Both the position numbers and the translations under genes were made by a program. Below are positions 61,101 to 64,000 of a stretch of DNA of 64,000 nucleotides, piece after piece. The DNA is taken from NCBI GenBank assembly GCA_050084985.1, contig JBITNC010000001.1, forward strand, positions 154,132,001 to 154,196,000. Direction: 5' to 3'. The notes under the pieces were generated by a model that saw nothing but the letters and a program-made list of their open reading frames with translations, was not told the origin of the DNA and ran no database searches. The DNA is from Nageia nagi. Its lineage: Eukaryota; Plantae; Pinophyta. Position 1 is the stretch's first letter. Each line of letters opens with the position of its first letter.

Positions 61101-63362
61101 TTATGGATTTGGGTTTTGCAAGAAGGAAAAGGGTAAAAATGGAGGACTTTCATGGATTCCAAGTTACTATCGGAAAGAGGGATATTTCTCCATGTAATAT
61201 GGTGTAAAGCATATGGAGTTTTCTATTTGTAAATATCATGACATTTCAAATTTTTATATTTTCCCTATAGGTGGTTTGCCTCATATTATGCTTGGTGCAT
61301 AATGGTTTCATGAGTTGGGTGATGTTAATAGTAATTACAAAAAGCTCACAATCAAATTTTAGTTTAAGGGGAAAGAGACATTGTTACAAAGAATGAGGGA
61401 TATGGAGTTACATATAGATTTAAAAAAAAAGGAAAGGGTCATAAAGCAAAGTGATTTTGAATGGTCTAAATGTTTATTTAACATAAAAGGTATGCCTACA
61501 ATAAAGAAAGATAGAAATGTAAAATATCCCTTACAAATTCAGCAATTATTAAATAAATATGAATCAATTTTTGGTGACATGCCATAAGGTCTACCTCCTC
61601 ATAGGGGCTTTGAACATGTAATAGAAATGGAAGAGGACAAAAAACTAGTCATGATTACTCCATACAAATATCATAAAAGCTATAAATTTGAAATAGATAA
61701 TACCATAAAATAATTGTTATCTTTAGGACACATTCAACCCAACAAAAGTCCTTTTGCTTCTAGTGTCATTTTGGTCAAGAAAAAGGATGGTACACTTTGC
61801 ATGCACATTGAATGTAGCGTGCTTAATAAAAATACCATTAAGAATAGGTATCCTATTCCCCATGTTGATGAACTCATTAATGAATTGTATGATGTCAAGT
61901 ATTTTTCAAAAATTGATTTGCATAGTGGCTATCATCAAATTAGGGTAAGAAAGGAGGATGTGTCTAAAATTGCCTTTATATGCCACTATGGTCATTTTAA
62001 GTTTCTTATGATGCCATTTGGACTTACCAATGCTCCTTCCACTTTCTAATCTACTATAAGTCATATTTTTTGAAAATATTTGAGATCTTTTGTGTTAGTA
62101 TTCTTTGATGATATTTTGATTTACAACAAGGATTAGGATGAACATGTGAAACACTTGGAAATTATTCTTGAAATTTTGCAACAACAACAATTTTATGCAA
62201 AGGATCCCAAGTATGAGTTTGGTATTACTAATATTATATATTTGGGACATATTATTAGTCACAATGAAATACATGTGGATCCTAAAAAAATTATAGCTAT
62301 TCAAAATTGGCCTACTCCCACAAATTTGACTCAACTAAGGTGATTTATTGGATTGTGCAACTATTATAGAAGGTTCATTAAAGGATTTTCTAAACTTTAT
62401 GCTCCTATGAAAGAATTGACAAAGAATAATGTCTTTGCTTGGAGTGATGATTCCCAACATGCTTTTGAGAAATTGAAGAAGGTATTGACCACTTGCCTTA
62501 CTTTTGCTATTCCCAATTTTGATTTGCCTTTCATTATGGAATGTGATGCCTCGAGAGTAGGAATAGGGGCTATTTTAATGCAAAGAGGGCAGCCAATAGA
62601 TTTTGAGAGTAGAATGCTCTCCCCTTTAGAAAAATCCTTTAGTATCTATGAGAAAGATATTTTAGCTATTTAGCATGCCTTGGCTAAGTTTAAACAATAT
62701 CTCATTTATGGTAGATTCACCATTAAGACTAATCATAATAGCTTAAGATTTTTCTTGAATAAAAAAGACTTAAATGAGAGACAATAAAGGTGGGTCACAT
62801 AGGTACAATATTATGATTTTGATATTGAGTACAAGAAAGGGAAAGAAATACAACAATTAATGCACTTTCTAGGAGGCCACTTTTCTATTCTTTTTCAGCT
62901 CTGGATGAGAATTTGAAAGCCAAATTGATCGCTAAATATGTAAAGAATAATTTTGTTGGTAAATTATTGGATGATGTAATTTTTGATGCAAAATTTAGAG
63001 TGGTTAATGGGTGGTTTTATATAAATATAGATTTTTTATTATGCCAAGATCAAAGTTAAAAGAAAAGGTTATTCTATCTCATCATGATTCACCTTATGCA
63101 GGGCATCTAGGTTTCTATATGACCTATAGGTTGGTAAGAGAGAGGTTTGCTTTGTAAGGGTTAAAGGATCATGTGGTGAAATATGTAAAAGTATGTGTTA
63201 TTCATCAAGAAAATAAAATATAACATACTTTGAGTGCAGGCCTATTACAACCACTTCCAATTCCAAAAGAGAAATGGGATAGCATCTCTATGAATTTCAT
63301 TATCAGGTTGCCTACCATGCATTGTAAGAATTGCATACATGTGGTTGTAGATAGATTGATAG
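58181..63362 (+). mobile_element. Decayed chromovirus-type Ty3/gypsy element: 5' LTR, PBS, gag-pol interrupted in integrase
   Basis: LTR ~58181-59294 with TATAAAA (~58450) and 31-bp tandem repeats (~58540-58620), followed by the iMet-type PBS TGGTATCAAAG at 59296-59306. Confidence 0.85.
59498..63362 (+). pseudogene. gag-protease-RT-RNase H-integrase (N-terminal) pseudogene
   Basis: LEGVAYDWW (gag), LIDGGAIHKF (PR), SPFASSVILVKKKDGT, FSKIDLHSGYHQIR, MPFGLTNAPSTF, VFFDDILIY (RT), ECDAS..GIGAIL (RH), [19 protein letters not shown] (INT). Confidence 0.92.
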
Positions 63363-64000
63363 TGTAAAATATGGACAACCTTTTAAAAATAATTTAAAAT
63401 GATTTAAACTTGATAGAAGAGACATATAATATCATAAAAATACATCTACAAAAGATTTGCAACAATACATCAGTCTTAAACTATAACCCAAATTGCTAAT
63501 ATAATAGTCTTTACTGAAATAAATTGTTGTTATAGCCATGTGAAATGTATAGGTTTCTACAAATACTTTGTGTTTTGAGAAGGGCTTCAAAATTCTTCAA
63601 AATTTGCACTTCTCCTAGCAAAAGTAGCAAACCATATATTAAAATATACCAAACAACCTCTAGTATTATAGCATGACATTGTATAGAGTACTGTAGCATG
63701 GTATTGTAGCATGACACTGTAGCATGGCATTGTATAGAGTATTTTAGCATGACACTATAGCATAGCACTATAGCATGACACTATAGTAGAATTTTAAAAG
63801 TCCTTCTTACTACAACCAATCTCTTCACAAAATCCTAAAACTCACCATCAACTTCTTTGTTTAAGCATAAAATACACTCTCTGTATGAGGATGCCAATAG
63901 ATTATGTAGGGATGATCTTTCACACCCAAAGATAATATTCTCTATGGAGGATTTCATCCCCATAAAGTTTGAAACCCTTGCAAATAGTATGTTGCAAGTT
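63363..64000 (-). mobile_element. Probable nested LTR inserted in the integrase, running off the window
   Basis: Integrase stops abruptly after VVVDRL at TGTAAAA (an LTR-like terminus). Contains a TAGCATGACACTG minisatellite (~63660-63790) and motifs resembling the inverted 58181 LTR. Confidence 0.55.

Overview
AT-rich, CpG-depleted eukaryotic intergenic DNA made almost entirely of nested, mostly decayed plant transposons. A conifer/gymnosperm origin is inferred from the TatII domain order and a Sola2-like transposase. I recognise no intact host gene, rRNA or CRISPR array. In order the window holds: a solo LTR with TSD (386-1523); the 3' end of a young hAT element abutting a 100-N scaffold gap; L1 remnants; a large decayed Ty3/gypsy TatII element (GAG-PR-aRH-RT-RH, integrase deleted) whose apparent 5.8-kb LTR carries a ~3.3-kb extra ORF with its own TATA box; a ~2.5-kb tandem segmental repeat; two copies of a ~2.6-kb non-autonomous 'gag-only' LTR retrotransposon, in which gag is fused in frame to the tail of the integrase chromodomain (the copy at 36373-39005 is very recent, with 320-bp LTRs differing at 1 nt and a perfect GCATC TSD); an old intron-containing hAT transposase that hosts the young copy; an intron-containing Sola2-like DDD transposase pseudogene with a tRNA-like sequence and telomere-like repeats; a fold-back at an (AT)n tract; and several nested chromovirus elements. 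All alignments were made by eye, so boundaries of decayed elements are approximate.
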